Shown here piece by piece: positions 40,399 through 53,745 of a stretch of DNA of 64,000 nucleotides. Within the stretch, counting starts at the first letter, position 1. The number at the start of each line of letters is the position of its first letter. This DNA is from Trichinella spiralis. Taxonomy: Eukaryota. The stretch covers positions 553,383 to 617,382 of the forward strand of contig NW_003526944.1 of NCBI RefSeq assembly GCF_000181795.1. Reading direction: 5' to 3'. The position numbers were made by a program, and so were the translations under genes. The notes beneath the pieces were generated by a model. The model was not told the DNA's origin, made no database searches, and saw nothing but the letters and a program-made list of their open reading frames with translations.

Positions 40399-43300
40399 AT
40401 GGAAAAGGAAAAAGATTTGAGCTTCAAAAATTGGATTGTGATTATGAAAGATGATGATCGACAGGTAGAGTGATGATTTTTGTGATTTTTCATTGTAAAT
40501 TGTCTTTTATTGCGCATAATTTGTTACGCTGACGTAATAGAGTACATTTTCAATATGTTTTTTCTATAAAATTAATAATAAGTTTTAAAGTGAAGTTTTT
40601 TCGCGGCAATTGTTAATTGTTGAGGAAAGAGCGGAATTTCGTTCAAAATTGTCTTATTAACCGTTGTCATAGAATATGGCATTTGTAATTTATTGGTGTG
40701 CTGCTGATAAAATTTTAGTTTTTATCGTTGAATATTATTATTTAAATTAAGAGAAGTTGGTCCGTTTGAACTTTTCAAATATTAACCGAAAAAACGTTTA
40801 AATTGTTTTAAGGATAATGCGAAAATTGGTAAAATATTCAAATTGTGTTATCATAAAAGAGATCCAAAACTTCCGGACATGGAGTTTTGGTATAGCAATA
40901 AAGATTTTCCAGAATTGAAGGATGGTGATGTGGTTGAAATTTACCACAATGATGCACCATCGAATCGGCTTTTGGTTCTAGCTCGGGGTGGTTGTATGGA
41001 ATTTCTTTGCAAAACTGGAAATACAGTAAGCGTGGACGAAAATTTGGCCAGCATATTTCATCTGAGAAATTATGGCGACGTTGTTGTTCGGAAGGTGAAC
41101 ATCAATTCGGTTGTTTTGGATGTGTTGGAATTGTCTGTCAAAGAGCAGTACATAAGCAATTCAGATTATTATCGTCTGCGCCAAGTGATAGTCAACACGT
41201 GCGTCTATATGAACAAGAAAATCGAACACTGGGGTATGCGAGTTTATGTGCAAGAGATGTTCCGTTTCGGCGAACGAGTCAACGCCGGGTATGTCAGCGA
41301 AAATACAAAAATCGTATTACGTTCCAGCAGTGCTGTTGTATACATAATGATCCAAATGAGCCGAGAGATGTGGGAATTTGACAATGAAGGCGATTTGCAC
41401 GCGGAAAAATGTTTGGAAGGCTTTTTGCCCGATTTGTTTCGAAAATGGGATGAGCGAAATTGTACCCATTTTGTTAGCATTGTATTATTTTCGCGTTGTT
41501 TTTACAATACTGAACAACTGAAGAATTTGCCTTCCGAGGTTTATGAAGAGATGATGCAAAATATTAATGGTGAATATTATCGAGATTTTTATCATTTGAT
41601 CATACAAAATGAGCAGTTTGACGACTGGCGATGGGTTTTGGAAAAGGTTAGAATCGGCTTTGCTCAGTTTACTTCGAAAATTAACCAATCAAATGAGTTG
41701 AAACTGAAACTGCAAGGTAGCAATACAACTTCGTCCACGGGTAACATTCTCGAATCGTTGAACATCCCTCTGAATTATTTTACAAAGTTTTACAAAAATC
41801 GCAGTTTCGAACGAACCGGCCAATTGATTATGGTAATTACTCCTGGTTCTGGAGTTTTTCAAGTCGACAATGATCTAGTGCAGCTCACCAGGCAGCGTTG
41901 CCTTGATTACGGTACGGCTGTTGATTTGGTTTGCCTTGGCGAGCAGCCTTATCACGTTGTGCCTTTGTTTGCGCTCAACGCTGACAAGAATTATGAAATG
42001 AACCTGGTATTGAATAGCAAAACGCCCAAAGAATTGTACATCGCTCCATTTTGGATGAACGTCAGTTATTATAAGCCGGCCAAACATGCTCTGTCGGTTT
42101 GCGCTTATAAATCACGATTGCAACTGCGCGATGTTCCTGCGACGTCGAATATACGACTTCAGCCGCCTTCGTTTGTCATCCACGCTTCCAGACGTCGACA
42201 AAGAGGTCCGTTTGATTTGTACGACGCAGACAGGTTGCTGCATAAACCTCTCGATGATGAGAAGGAAGACGAAGAGTTGGACCACGAATATTCTCAAATA
42301 CTGATTGTTGTGGATCCTGTCAGCGGATTGAGGACCAGAACTCACGTACCTCGAAGTCACGTGCCGATGAGCGGCCGGCTCAGATGGGACTCCAATGTAG
42401 CTCTGAGTCGAAGAATCCATGCTTCCAGAGCTGAGAATGAAGTTGAGGTGAAAGACGATGCGATTGGGCTGAATCCTTTTCTGCCGTCTAGATTTTCAAT
42501 TCCTATTTCGGCCGATCGAAGACGTTGGATACACGTGTTTCCAGTCGATTCATTTGGATGCTATAAACAGCCGCATCATTTTATACGTGGAAAATCGGTC
42601 ATCTATTATGGTCGTCATTTGGAGTTCACTCCAGAAGAAGTTGTCGACCATCATGCCGAAATAGTTATTTCCAATGGACTGAACAAGGACGCCGATTCCC
42701 ACATCGGTCCTGGACTTGGTAAAAAGTACGTATGGGCTTGGGGTGCAACCGGCGAACAAAGATGGATACCAGAATTGGAAATTGGAGTCGATTGGAAATC
42801 GCTCACTGTTCCAGCATGTTTGCCAATAACGACTGATTTTTTTCCAGATGCTGAAATGTTAAATGCCAATTACGTCACCAATGAAAGTACAATTCAAATT
42901 CACATTGGCATAGAGAGACGTTGGGAAAGTGCCATGTACAGTGATGGACGTTTGGCTTTGTTCGATGAATTCGTTGCTCAGCGATTATTGCTTGGCTTTC
43001 AAATGGTCAAAATTGACAAACCTACTTTCAGAAGAAGTCTGGCATCGATTTTGCCCAGTCTTTTCAAAGATCCACCAGAGAAACAGTGCTTACTGGGACT
43101 GGGTGTTCTGTACCACCTTATCGTTTTGCGAGAAAGTCAGCTCAGTTCTATCACGTTGAAGCCGAAATTTTATCCTCCTCTCTATGGGAAGGTCGAATAC
43201 ACTTACGAGCTTTTGGTATGTGAAAAAATTTTGTTTTTGTTTTTTTTTCTAATATTCAACAGTTTGTAATTTCCTTAGACTCCGGATGTGGAAGGGTATA

Positions 43301-44670
43301 AAACAAATGGGACAGTATTTTCTTGCAGTCGCATTGCAACCATCAACTGGCCGGGCAGGGATCACGTGGCAACGTTGTGCGGTTGCGGAGACGAATATGA
43401 ACTGCTCAACACTGTGGAATGCTTGGAAGGTCGATTCATGGTTGTACCTTTCGACCAACCGGTCATCGAAACAATAATGAACAGCAATTCACCGCCGTAT
43501 GATTTGTTCAAATGGTCGGAACGTCGTAGCGTGGAATGGAATATGGCGATGTGCTCGTTGTTCGTACGGTTTTTGGAAATGATCAACCGTTTGCGAAGAC
43601 CTGGCAACAGTATTCACGAGGAAGTGAAATTGGCCAAGCGAATTGAAGCGAACCAATTCGAACAGATAGCTAAAGTGGCGTCGGCTCAGATTTCGATCGA
43701 ATCCAGCCAATCACCGTTGCCTGTGAGGACAGTGGTCAGTGCGACGTTGGTTCATTGGATGATGCGCAACGTGAAGAACGTGACCAGTCTGTCCGACGCG
43801 GTCGATCTGTGCCGGCTGCTGGTCGGCCGGAAATTGTTGCTCGGAATACGCGGCAAGTGCAGGACCCAGTTCTATTATGGCTTCTATTTGTACTATTTCG
43901 ACGATAGCAATACCAAGTGGCACGCCAATGCGGTCGATCCTCGTTGGCTGATCGAGACGAGATTTTCATATTCGGCAGTGAAATTTTTGGACCACGAGGC
44001 GGACGAAGTGAACGATTCGCAGTTGAACAATTTCTGTTTGGATGTGGACCCGAATCACCGTAGCAGTCGCCCAGAATGGTGCGACATGCTGGTCAGTCCT
44101 GTGTTTTGTCCACAGAAAGCGTTCGAAATTCACATGCGTTGGCTAACGGCCACTGGAAATATTGTCGGCGATTTGGTGCACACGTTGTGGCGTCGCAGTT
44201 TTCCGCTTGGGTTGAATATGGTTCCAGTACCCATTGAACCGTTTCTGTTGGGCGAAAGCCAGGGCGCGGATCCATTTCGAAATCCAATATTTGTCCCGTT
44301 CGACAAAGAGCTAATTGAACCGTTGAACGAACGCCTCTACCGCAAAGTGGCCAGTCAAATTTTGGGTCGTTTCGGCTTTTTGCCGTTCCACTGCTACTCG
44401 GGGCAGTTGAATCGATGTTCGGCGAAACAATTTGTCCACTGCACCGGCGGTATGTTGGCAATGGTCAGCGTAACCAAGCCCACAGAGCGTGGTCTCACTT
44501 GGACATGGAACGCGATGGTCGGTCGACGTTATATCAATCATCCGATCACCGGCGACGCTTCTTTCCAAGATAAACTTTTGCACGACTTGCGTCGACTCTG
44601 TTTGGCTGAAAATGGCGACTCTCGACTGAAAAGTATCATTAATCTTTGTGAAAATCAGCAGCCTACTTGA
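40399..44670 (+). CDS. DEPDC5: GATOR1 subunit DEPDC5/Iml1
   Basis: Motifs RSSSAVVYIMIQMSREMWEFD, ERTGQLIMVITPGSGVFQVD, VDWKSLTVPACLPITTDFFP, a DEP-like region, and HMRWLTATG. Exons 40399-40464 (tentative), 40813-43215, 43279-44670. Confidence 0.93.
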
Positions 44671-44720
44671 ATAATCGGTTTGATTTAATATTTCGTTTTA
44701 ATTTACCGAAATGTCCATTA

Positions 44721-44779
<59 letters not shown>

Positions 44780-44800
44780 GAATTATTATTAGAATTATTC
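44721..44800. repeat. (ATT)n microsatellite downstream of DEPDC5
   Basis: Direct reading of the sequence. Confidence 0.9.
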
Positions 44801-47333
44801 AGTATAATATATCCTAATTTTCACGTTTACTGTATATGTAATTGTTTTCTTTTGTCGTTCTTGCGACTGATGTTTTCAATTAGGTATATCGAATGTTGTT
44901 GTTGTTTTTGTTGTTGTTGTTGTTCCTTTCTTCTTCTTTTTAATCATTTTATGAACCATGTGGAAATTAATACTTTGAAGTGCTAGCAACATTTGCCATT
45001 TTTCGACAGTTATAATATCTGTCATCTTATATGTTATTCAGAACTGAAATCGTTTCGGCGACTGCCATCCAATGAATTTGAACATTTGTCTTTGTTCAGT
45101 TCATACTTTTAGATCGATTTATTCTCTTTGAAAATTCCACACTGAACTGTCAACATTTATTCAAATAATTCAACTTTGAAAATATTCCTGTTCAGTTTGC
45201 TCTAGCGTTGTTAAAATTGAAAATTATTCAACAATAAATTATATAGTCAAATAGCTTCATTATGTTTTGTATGGAAAAATTTTTTCCTGATTTTTCTTAA
45301 TTGTGAAGTAGCTTTGAACGTGTGAAGTAGAACGGTCCGTTTTTGTTTTGCTTCAGTGATGTCATAAATTTGCATAGACTGATAATGCGCTCTGTTGATC
45401 AGTAGGGTTTGCGATTGAACGTTGAATTCCTTTTTCTTTGATAAAAATTTTCTTCTCTTTCATCTTTTTCAATATTTACTTCATTTGTAGAAAAGTGGAA
45501 CTTTTTTCTAATTACGATTTTTATTAATTTTTAGCATTTATAATATTGCCAAATGTGAAGAAATGAACAAACGAAAAGAGCAAATGAAATCAAGCAAATC
45601 TACTACAATCAGCAAATAAAAAAAGAACAATGGTAAGATTGTTTTTTTCGTAGCGCGTAATAATGTAAATCAAAATTTTACTTCTTATTTGCAACGTAAC
45701 CGATATTTATTCTTCTTCAATTCCCCTGCATCGATTTTGTCTTATAAATTATTATTATTATTGTTATTATTGGCATTTATTATTGTAATTGAAAACGTTG
45801 GCATAAGTTTTCGTCTGAAATTTTTTCCCTTTTTCTTCCATCCGTAGATCATGGAAAGATGTTACAGTAATCTCTTCAATCGTACTAAATTCACTATTTT
45901 GCAAGTGAAATTCCAATAATTTTCATGCTCTAATGCACCTAGCTTTGATTATTATTTTTTTAAATAGTTTTAATTTATTTGTTTTTTTAACAATTTATTT
46001 TCAAAGGATATGATTTATTTCGAAACTTATCATTCTAATTACATTAAATTACTCCGTAGATTATAATATTGAATGAAGTATTAAAACACAATCGGGTGTT
46101 TTTTTTAATTTTTATTTGTATTTAAATTTGTATTTTTTATAACTATACGTCATAGAGAAATTTTGAAATGCAATAGATAGATAAATTTGTTTGTAGAATT
46201 TTTTTCCTATTTTTCCTTTCTGCAATGAATGAACGAAATTAGTCAATTAGTCAAAAACAATATATTTGCTTTCGTCAGTGTAAAATGACAGTTTTCAATA
46301 TTTAAATATGTAATATTAGTATTGAATACAATATTCCAATGACAGTGGTTAAAAAAGATTATTCATGGCGTATTTGCTTCACCTCTACGAGCTTCAGCAT
46401 ATCAGTTTGCGTATTTTTGGAGGTTACCTTGAAGAATGTTTGCTTAATCCCTTTGACTTGCATATTTAATCAAATGACATCAAATCATTCGTACTATGAT
46501 TATAGTTGCTTTGAAATGCAGAAAGTCCGCTTTTGTACTTTTATTATTCATCAGTGACAGACAAGCATTTAAGCAAAAGGAAAATTATTTCAATTTGTTG
46601 CTGTTCAATTGACTGCTCTTTCAAACGGTATTCTTATTCTTTGAAATTATAAATGAGGTATTTCAGCTTTTCCGAGTTAAATAAAATTATCAAAGCGAAA
46701 CTTTTCTATTTTTAACTTTAATATACAGCTTGAAACAGCTTCAAATATCTTTTCCAATAGCATCGTTTATATTGAATAATCACAGAAAGTTCACAATGAA
46801 AACTAATATGATTTACTTGTTCTTGTTTTCTCTGTATCCTACAGTATTATAAGTTTTATTACACGACCAAATGAAACGAGGCATTTTTCATTTATGACGA
46901 AATTAAACAAATATATATATATACTGGTTATTAATATTTGAATTTTTGTTTATTATTAAAATTCTTTTTTTATCTTTTCCCATATGCAGTTAGGAAGAAT
47001 GAGCAACTTGAAATAACCTAGGAGGAAAAAATAACAATAGCAGTTCCGTTCAGTAATTTATATTTGTATAAAAGCAAAAGACAACTTATACTTCGAGCGA
47101 AGCTTTATGTAAATTTTCATTTTACGAGATTACAAATATTGCAGAATAAGACAACAGTGAAAGCTTTCTTTTATTTTAGTTTAAGAGTTTTCAATTTCGA
47201 ATATGAATATTTATTTCTCTTTTAATTTAGATAAATACAATTGTTCAACCAATTGCTTTTTTTATTTTATTCATTTTTTAATAATAAAAATTAATATGAT
47301 TGCACTGATGCAAATTATTTTTATCTGTTAGTT

Positions 47334-48066
47334 ATGCAAAAGGTGGCGTTTGTAATGTTGTTGCTTGTCGTCGAATCTCTTCGCACGTTATCCAAGAACT
47401 CTCATCAAAAGGAGCGGAATGTAAACTTTCGCGACGTAGTTAAGAAAAAGGGAAAGTCAGATGATTTAAAACAATTGCCTAAAATACAGATGCGTCAACA
47501 GCCGCCACTTTTGGGCACCCTGCCCCAACCACCAGCAGCCATTAACGAATTTTCAGGCATTGACAAACAAATAATAAATTGCCAGGTTTGAGCGATTGTT
47601 GATTGGTTAAATTTTCTTCAGTATAGGTGTTTGCCCAGATGGGTCTCACGCACTGAAGCACTGCACCCAAACCGGATGTCCACAAGGTTACTATTGTTAC
47701 TATGATTTGTGCTGTCAACACACCAAGCCTGGCTCTTGTCCATGGCAAATTGCTGGAAATAATCCTGTCGCCGGTCCACCTTGTGATACAGATATTGATT
47801 GTGCTTACAATTTGAAATGTTGCACTATTAATCAAAGGTCGAGATGTACTTTCCCATACGGATACAGTGGCGGTACGGTTGGACAAGTACCACCACAGCC
47901 TGTACCGACTTCCTTTGCTCCAGCCATGCCAGTGTCAGTGGGAGTACCTGTGATGGCAGGCATGCCTTTTGACATGTACGGTGGTGGTGGTGGTGGCTTT
48001 CTCGATTATCCCGACATGTACGGAGGGTACGGTGGAGGTTTCGGATATGATGGTATGTACGGTTGA
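47334..48066 (+). CDS. Secreted protein with a nematode-type Cys module, a six-Cys WAP domain and a Gly/Tyr-rich tail (5' splicing unresolved)
   Basis: Frame from ~47625: GVCPDGSHALKHCTQTGCPQGYYCYYDLCC-QHT-KPGSCPWQ..CDTDIDCAYNLKCC..RCTFP..MYGGYGGGFGYDGMYG*. Hydrophobic N-terminus at 47334. Confidence 0.7.
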
Positions 48067-49701
48067 TAGCCTGTTTAAATTAAATAATAATTTTAATAAA
48101 GCACAAGCACACACACACACACACACACGCACGCACATGCACTTACGTATTTTTATTTGTTTATCATAAAAATTTGTTGAATCAGTGATCAGAGAAAAGA
48201 TTCAAAGCAGTATTCATCATTTTAGTGTTGATGATGCATTTCAGTAGTTTCTGCCCAGAAATAAGATTTTTTTGCTAATTTATGTAATGACGGTAAGAAG
48301 ATGTGACTGTTGAAAAAGAATATGTAACAAATAAAGGCAAACGTAAACAGTTGACTTTTCTTATTTCATTACTGATATCGTACCTCTTTTGATTGTCAAG
48401 TTTGATTAATGTTCTTTTAATTTACAGCAGTGTGAAAATGATGATTGCAGTGAAAAAAAGTGATTGAATTTAATTCGATTTAAAACTTAATTCCACTTTT
48501 AAGATTAATTGTGACAAGCAAGCAAGCAATAAAACAACAACTTGTGAGACACTTTTCATGTTCATTTAGGGTGCGTCTATTTCTAGAAAAGCTGCTTTTA
48601 TTGCAAAACCTGAAATGTCACATACTGTTGATTTATTAGACTGACCATAATCAGGTGCTATTATTTGAATTTATTATTTTCTGCATTTATTGTGATAATT
48701 CCTATTCGATTGCGTGGGCGTTTTTTTTCGTATATTAAAAAATGCATAATAATTTGATGATTTTTTTAAATGAAAAAACTTTTATTTGATAATTACAGCA
48801 AAAGTACAGTATCAAATAAAAGTTTCATCGATGAATTTAATTTAATTTTTTTTACTTTTACCCTACAATTAAAAGAAAATTGTAAAATTATGAAAAGTTT
48901 AGAAAAACAGTGCTGCTCTAATTACCTTTTATTTTATATAGATGACATGAACTTGCTGCACTTTTAGTACATGTTAATGAATTGAATATTTCAATTTGTT
49001 TAATTCCTTTCGTTTTTTCTTCTTCTTCTTCTAAATTAATTGAAAATAAGTAAAAACAAAATTATTGAAATTATTTTTGTGAAATATTTCAATTTATTAA
49101 TCAATTTGGAAAAATTATGCTTTGTAAAAGTTGATTCACTCGCATTGATTTGCTCAAATGAATAAATAACTCCGCATGATCAATTACATAATTATTGGAG
49201 CGAACGAATAGTATCCCAATGAAACCGTTCAAATGATTCATCAGCAACTACAACTTGCTGTATAATTGTAACCGTTTTTAATATTAATCAGCGGTATCTG
49301 ACGTATGTATGTATAGATATTGTTTTTTTTAATGTTTGAACTGATGAATTAACCTGATTTTAATTATAATTTGAAATTATGAATATGAACAGCGAAAAAA
49401 AACAATTCTCCAACAGCAGGAAGCAGTAGTTGCAGGTTAGCAGCAGCTACTGGTTGAACTGTTTTGAAAACAAAACGGAAGAGATGCATGCTTAGTTTAG
49501 TATTTTATAAAATAGCAACTTTGGCCTGATTTGAAACCGGATCTTCAAACATAAAATATTTTTACCGCAGCATCTGAAGAAATGGTATTTGAATTTGCCT
49601 TCACACTTGCTATTGTAAAGTAGTTGACGGCACAACGCATTTATAAAGTATCCGCTTAAAAATATTCAATTTGAATTATTTATTAATTCCATAATTTGAA
49701 C

Positions 49702-51391
49702 ATGACATTCCAAATTTTTTACATTACAACAACATTGATCACTTCTCTCTACTTACCAGGTGAGATCTCAATCATTTATTAAATGTATTGTAATACGTTT
49801 ACTTTTATTTTTTAAACAATCTTATAATACGAATGAATTTATCGCTTTCATTTAATTTTAAACTTGGAAACTTGTTTGAAATTATTATTTTATTTGAGCA
49901 AAGTATTGTTTTTTCAGCATCGGCTTGGAAGGCTGGCACTTGTCCTGGGTTGCCTGTTCCAATTGATCCGGATGTCCAATACACGGATCGTTGTTGGAAT
50001 GATGAAGACTGCTCCGGCGACAGAAAATGTTGCATGTCTGTAGTTGGTAAAGCTTGTATGCTTCCTGTCGAAACTTCAGATGGTAAGCTTTTCCGTTATA
50101 TTACTAACCAGTGATATTTGTTTGGAATTAAAAAGAAAAAAGATATACATATATATTCTATTATAAAAGTTATATATATTTTTGCGGATAATTTCTTTTT
50201 CTTTTTCAGAATTGAGACCTGGTGGTTGTCCCGGATTTTTTGATTATGGTGGCATTAAAACGCATCATTGTCAGCGGGATACTGATTGTTCACAACCAAG
50301 AAAATGTTGTGATACGGCAAAAGGAAAACGATGCCTCCTTCCGAATGAAGTTATTTCCAGTATGTACTTGATAATATTTTTGTAGTTTATTCTGTATTGC
50401 ATTTTAATGAAAGAAAAGATGCACTTTTAAATTGTAGAATTTTTCGATGAAAATTATTGAAATTGATTCAATTTTATAGATCAACAAAAACCTGGAACCT
50501 GTCCCACATTTTATGGTATTCCGGATGAGGATTCGTTTGATCGATGCAAAGCCGATTTCGAATGTCCAGGCAGTAGAAAATGTTGCACCACTAGAAGTGG
50601 CAAATTCTGTCTGTTGGTCGATGAAAATTCTAGCGGTAATGTTATTTTTGCATAAATTTAACTAAGCTGGCTATGATTTCGAGGACAACTTTTTATTTTG
50701 TTTTTCATTGTTTTATAGAACAAATAAAACCAGGCTTTTGCCCACCGGTGTATGGAATAATTTCTCCACGGGCATTTAATCGTTGCAATAATGACGCAGA
50801 TTGCACAAGCAATAAAAAATGCTGTGATACTGTTTCTGGAAGAGCATGCATGGCACCAAGTGGAAACAAGTTTGAAGAAGGTGAACTTTTTGAGTATCAA
50901 ATGAGGATTCAAAGCAAAGCGCCAAGCTGAATATGCTAAATCGATTTATAGAAACGAAACCAATTATCATAATAAAACCAGGAAAATGTCCGCGTTTTTA
51001 TGGAGCGCAAGAATCACAACTGTTTGATCGATGCATCCGTGATTCAGATTGCAATGGTAATAGAAAATGTTGCGCAACTCGAACTGGAAAAGAATGTCTC
51101 CTACCCAATTATGGTTTGTGTATAAATTTGAATATGAAATTGAAATGATAATTGAAATGGCTCAGTTGTGTATGCTTTCATTTGTTTTTAGACAATGAAA
51201 GTGATGACATGAGCGATAACAACAACAGCAACATCAATAATAATAATAATAACATAAGACCTGGTGTATGCCCACCGTATTTTGGAGCGGTGAACGTTAT
51301 TAAGAATATGTGTGCAGTGGATTCAGACTGCAAAATGCCCAGAAAATGCTGTCAAACTATAACTGGAAAAATGTGCTTACTACTTTCTTAG
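49702..51391 (+). CDS. Secreted multi-WAP protein with six tandem six-Cys WAP domains, one per exon
   Basis: Signal exon 49702-49759, then phase-1 exons at ~49918, 50210, 50480, 50719, 50952, 51192, each with (K/R)(P/A)GxCP...C..D..C...(R/K)KCC....G(K/R).C. Confidence 0.9.
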
Positions 51392-52854
51392 GACTGACTT
51401 TTAAATTTCAGTTATTTTATAATTTTTAAATCATCTCTTCTCTGTTGATGGAATTTGAATAGAAAATTAGCGTGATAAAATTATCAGTAAAAATCAAGTC
51501 ATTATTTTTTATTTCGAATGCAAATTCAGATTATTTTTTTTGTTAATGAAGAATCTGTTCAAGATATTGAAATGTTTTACGTGAAGGCGTGTTTTATTCA
51601 TTGTTGATTTCAAAGACGGAAGGTAAGTTTCGAACAGACTTGAAATTCATCCGTTTATAAATCATTAACTTCCATTTCATTTCTATATAATATTGTGCAA
51701 TTTAAATATAGTATGCAAATATTTTTACAAATTTATGTTTACTTTTTGAATGTTGCAGAACGTATTTATTATGTCTCTTCTCTTTATCAGTATGTGTACA
51801 ATTTTATACGTGGAAAGTGGAGTGAATGGCAAAAATTCACTGCGGAAAATGCAAGTGCATACAATCAGTGTAAAACTGATTTTTTTCATTATTTAAATTT
51901 CTTATTGAGCAGTTTTATTATCCGAATAAGTTTACGAAACACTGAATGAAATTATTTATTCTTTGCAAAAATTGCTTGCGGTAGGTATGTAAATTAAATG
52001 CATGAAGTTGTTATTGCATAATGAAAAAGGTTTTGAATTGTAGAATTTCACCGCGAATATCAATTTTAGCCTTTAAAAAGAAAGGAATGAAAAGGGAAAT
52101 TCTGATTTCTATATTGTTATATTGCATCGTGAAATGAAAATTTATCATCATTTACAATGTATTATTGTAATTCTACAAAAGTTACTATTGCATTATAAAT
52201 CTGACGATTGTGAAACATGATGTTGAAATCGTGCTTTACGCTTAAACTTATTTCGAGCAATTGCGCGCACTGCAGATTGTAAATGATTTATTTAAAATTA
52301 TGAAGAATTTGCGAGATATTTTGTTATTTTTGTCATATTGGAAATGGCTACTGTATACAGTTCCAAATGTAAACAATATTTTATTATTTTCATTGAACTT
52401 GCACATCCTTCTTATTTACTGTAATTAAAAGATTTGATTACTAGTAGCAGCGATAAAACATTGTGAAACTTTTCAAAGGTATGCATTTTCTTTTTTTGCT
52501 TTTAAAAATCAATATCGTGACATGCTTGTTTATATTGTCAGTGTTCATTTAGTTTTAATAATATTTCATTTCCTTATAATTCAAATAAATTCATGTCGTT
52601 CTTAAATGATTCCCCATTGCTTTTAAAAATAATTATAACGAGATGAGATCAGATGAGGTATTGGCATTTTCCCTTATTAAAACATTTCAGTTCATAAAAT
52701 TCGTTTTCATTATTATTATTATTATTATTATTACTAAAATTATTATATAAATGTACGCGGTCGCTTTGTACGCTTGTCAAATGTAAACATGCTTCGTCAA
52801 TGAGATCATCCTACTTGAGTCGTAAACAGGTATCCTTTTATTAAAGCCACATCT

Positions 52855-53139
52855 TCACCAATATGAGTTCTTGTGTGTAGAAGTTGGATTTCGATCTAAG
52901 CTAGATTTCGGTACATCTTGTTTCGTTCGTAAACTTGCAACAATGGTCGGATCTGTGGACAGTGTTTCTTCCAAAAGTCGTCGTTGTCTGCGTTCTATTA
53001 CTGAACTTTCAAGATAGTCGAACGATTCCGTTTTCCGAAACTTCTTTTCGATATTGTAGCCAATAAATCCTATTGTGAAGGCGACCGGAAACATGATGTA
53101 TGGGGCGTACGTTCTGGCAAATACCATCACATGCCACAT
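52855..53139 (-). CDS. SMIM12: Small integral membrane protein 12 (UPF0767)
   Basis: MW...RTYAPYIMFPVAFTIGFIGYNIE and SVIERRQRRLLEE...DPT.VASL match the SMIM12 family pattern; single exon. Confidence 0.88.
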   Translation of the reverse strand: MWHVMVFARTYAPYIMFPVAFTIGFIGYNIEKKFRKTESFDYLESSVIERRQRRLLEETLSTDPTIVASLRTKQDVPKSSLDRNPTSTHKNSYW

Positions 53140-53745
53140 TGTAAAACTTTACCTATTCAAAATGTTCTCGCAACCACGGCAGCTGTTGAGTAAATTTCAA
53201 TTAAATTTCCGTGCTCGTCTAAATAATATACATGATGTAACAATAAGGAAATTAATTTATGCTGCAATACATTGTTACGTAATTAGAACTTCCTGTTTAT
53301 TACTTACCAATAGCAAAAGCACGAATGTATATTTTACAGTATAATGCTGCGTAAGTTCAATTATATTTCATCGTAATACAATTAGTTATTTGATGTCGAT
53401 TTTTAAATTTAATTTACCGAATTGATACTTCTTTTTATTTTGTTTTTCAAAGCATTTTATCGTTTAAATATTATTCTATTGATGAAGTTTATATTTCGTG
53501 TAATTGGAATGTTGTGTAAACTTTTGTACTTGAATATCATGAAATCTTATGAAAATGTTTATACAGTTTGAGTGCAGGAATTTACTTTCCATTATTTGAT
53601 GCCAATGCTCTTTATGAGGCAAGTATAATAATATTATAATATCTGACAAAATAAATACTAATATTTGTAAGTTTAATTATTTTATTGTTATTAATATTTT
53701 AAGTGAAGAAATTATGTCCACAAGGTGAATGAAACGCAGCCAGAA

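Noticed and set aside
40992..44583. Overlapping and antisense ORFs within DEPDC5 (and similar ones in TBC1D24, MED14 and bark)
   Set aside because: Shadow frames of real coding exons with no independent motifs.
44711..44986. Poly-Leu membrane protein ORF
   Set aside because: It is a translation of (ATT)n and (TGT)n microsatellites downstream of DEPDC5.
51547..51980. Small spliced gene after the WAP array
   Set aside because: Donor- and acceptor-like sites exist, but there is no consistent open frame or homology.
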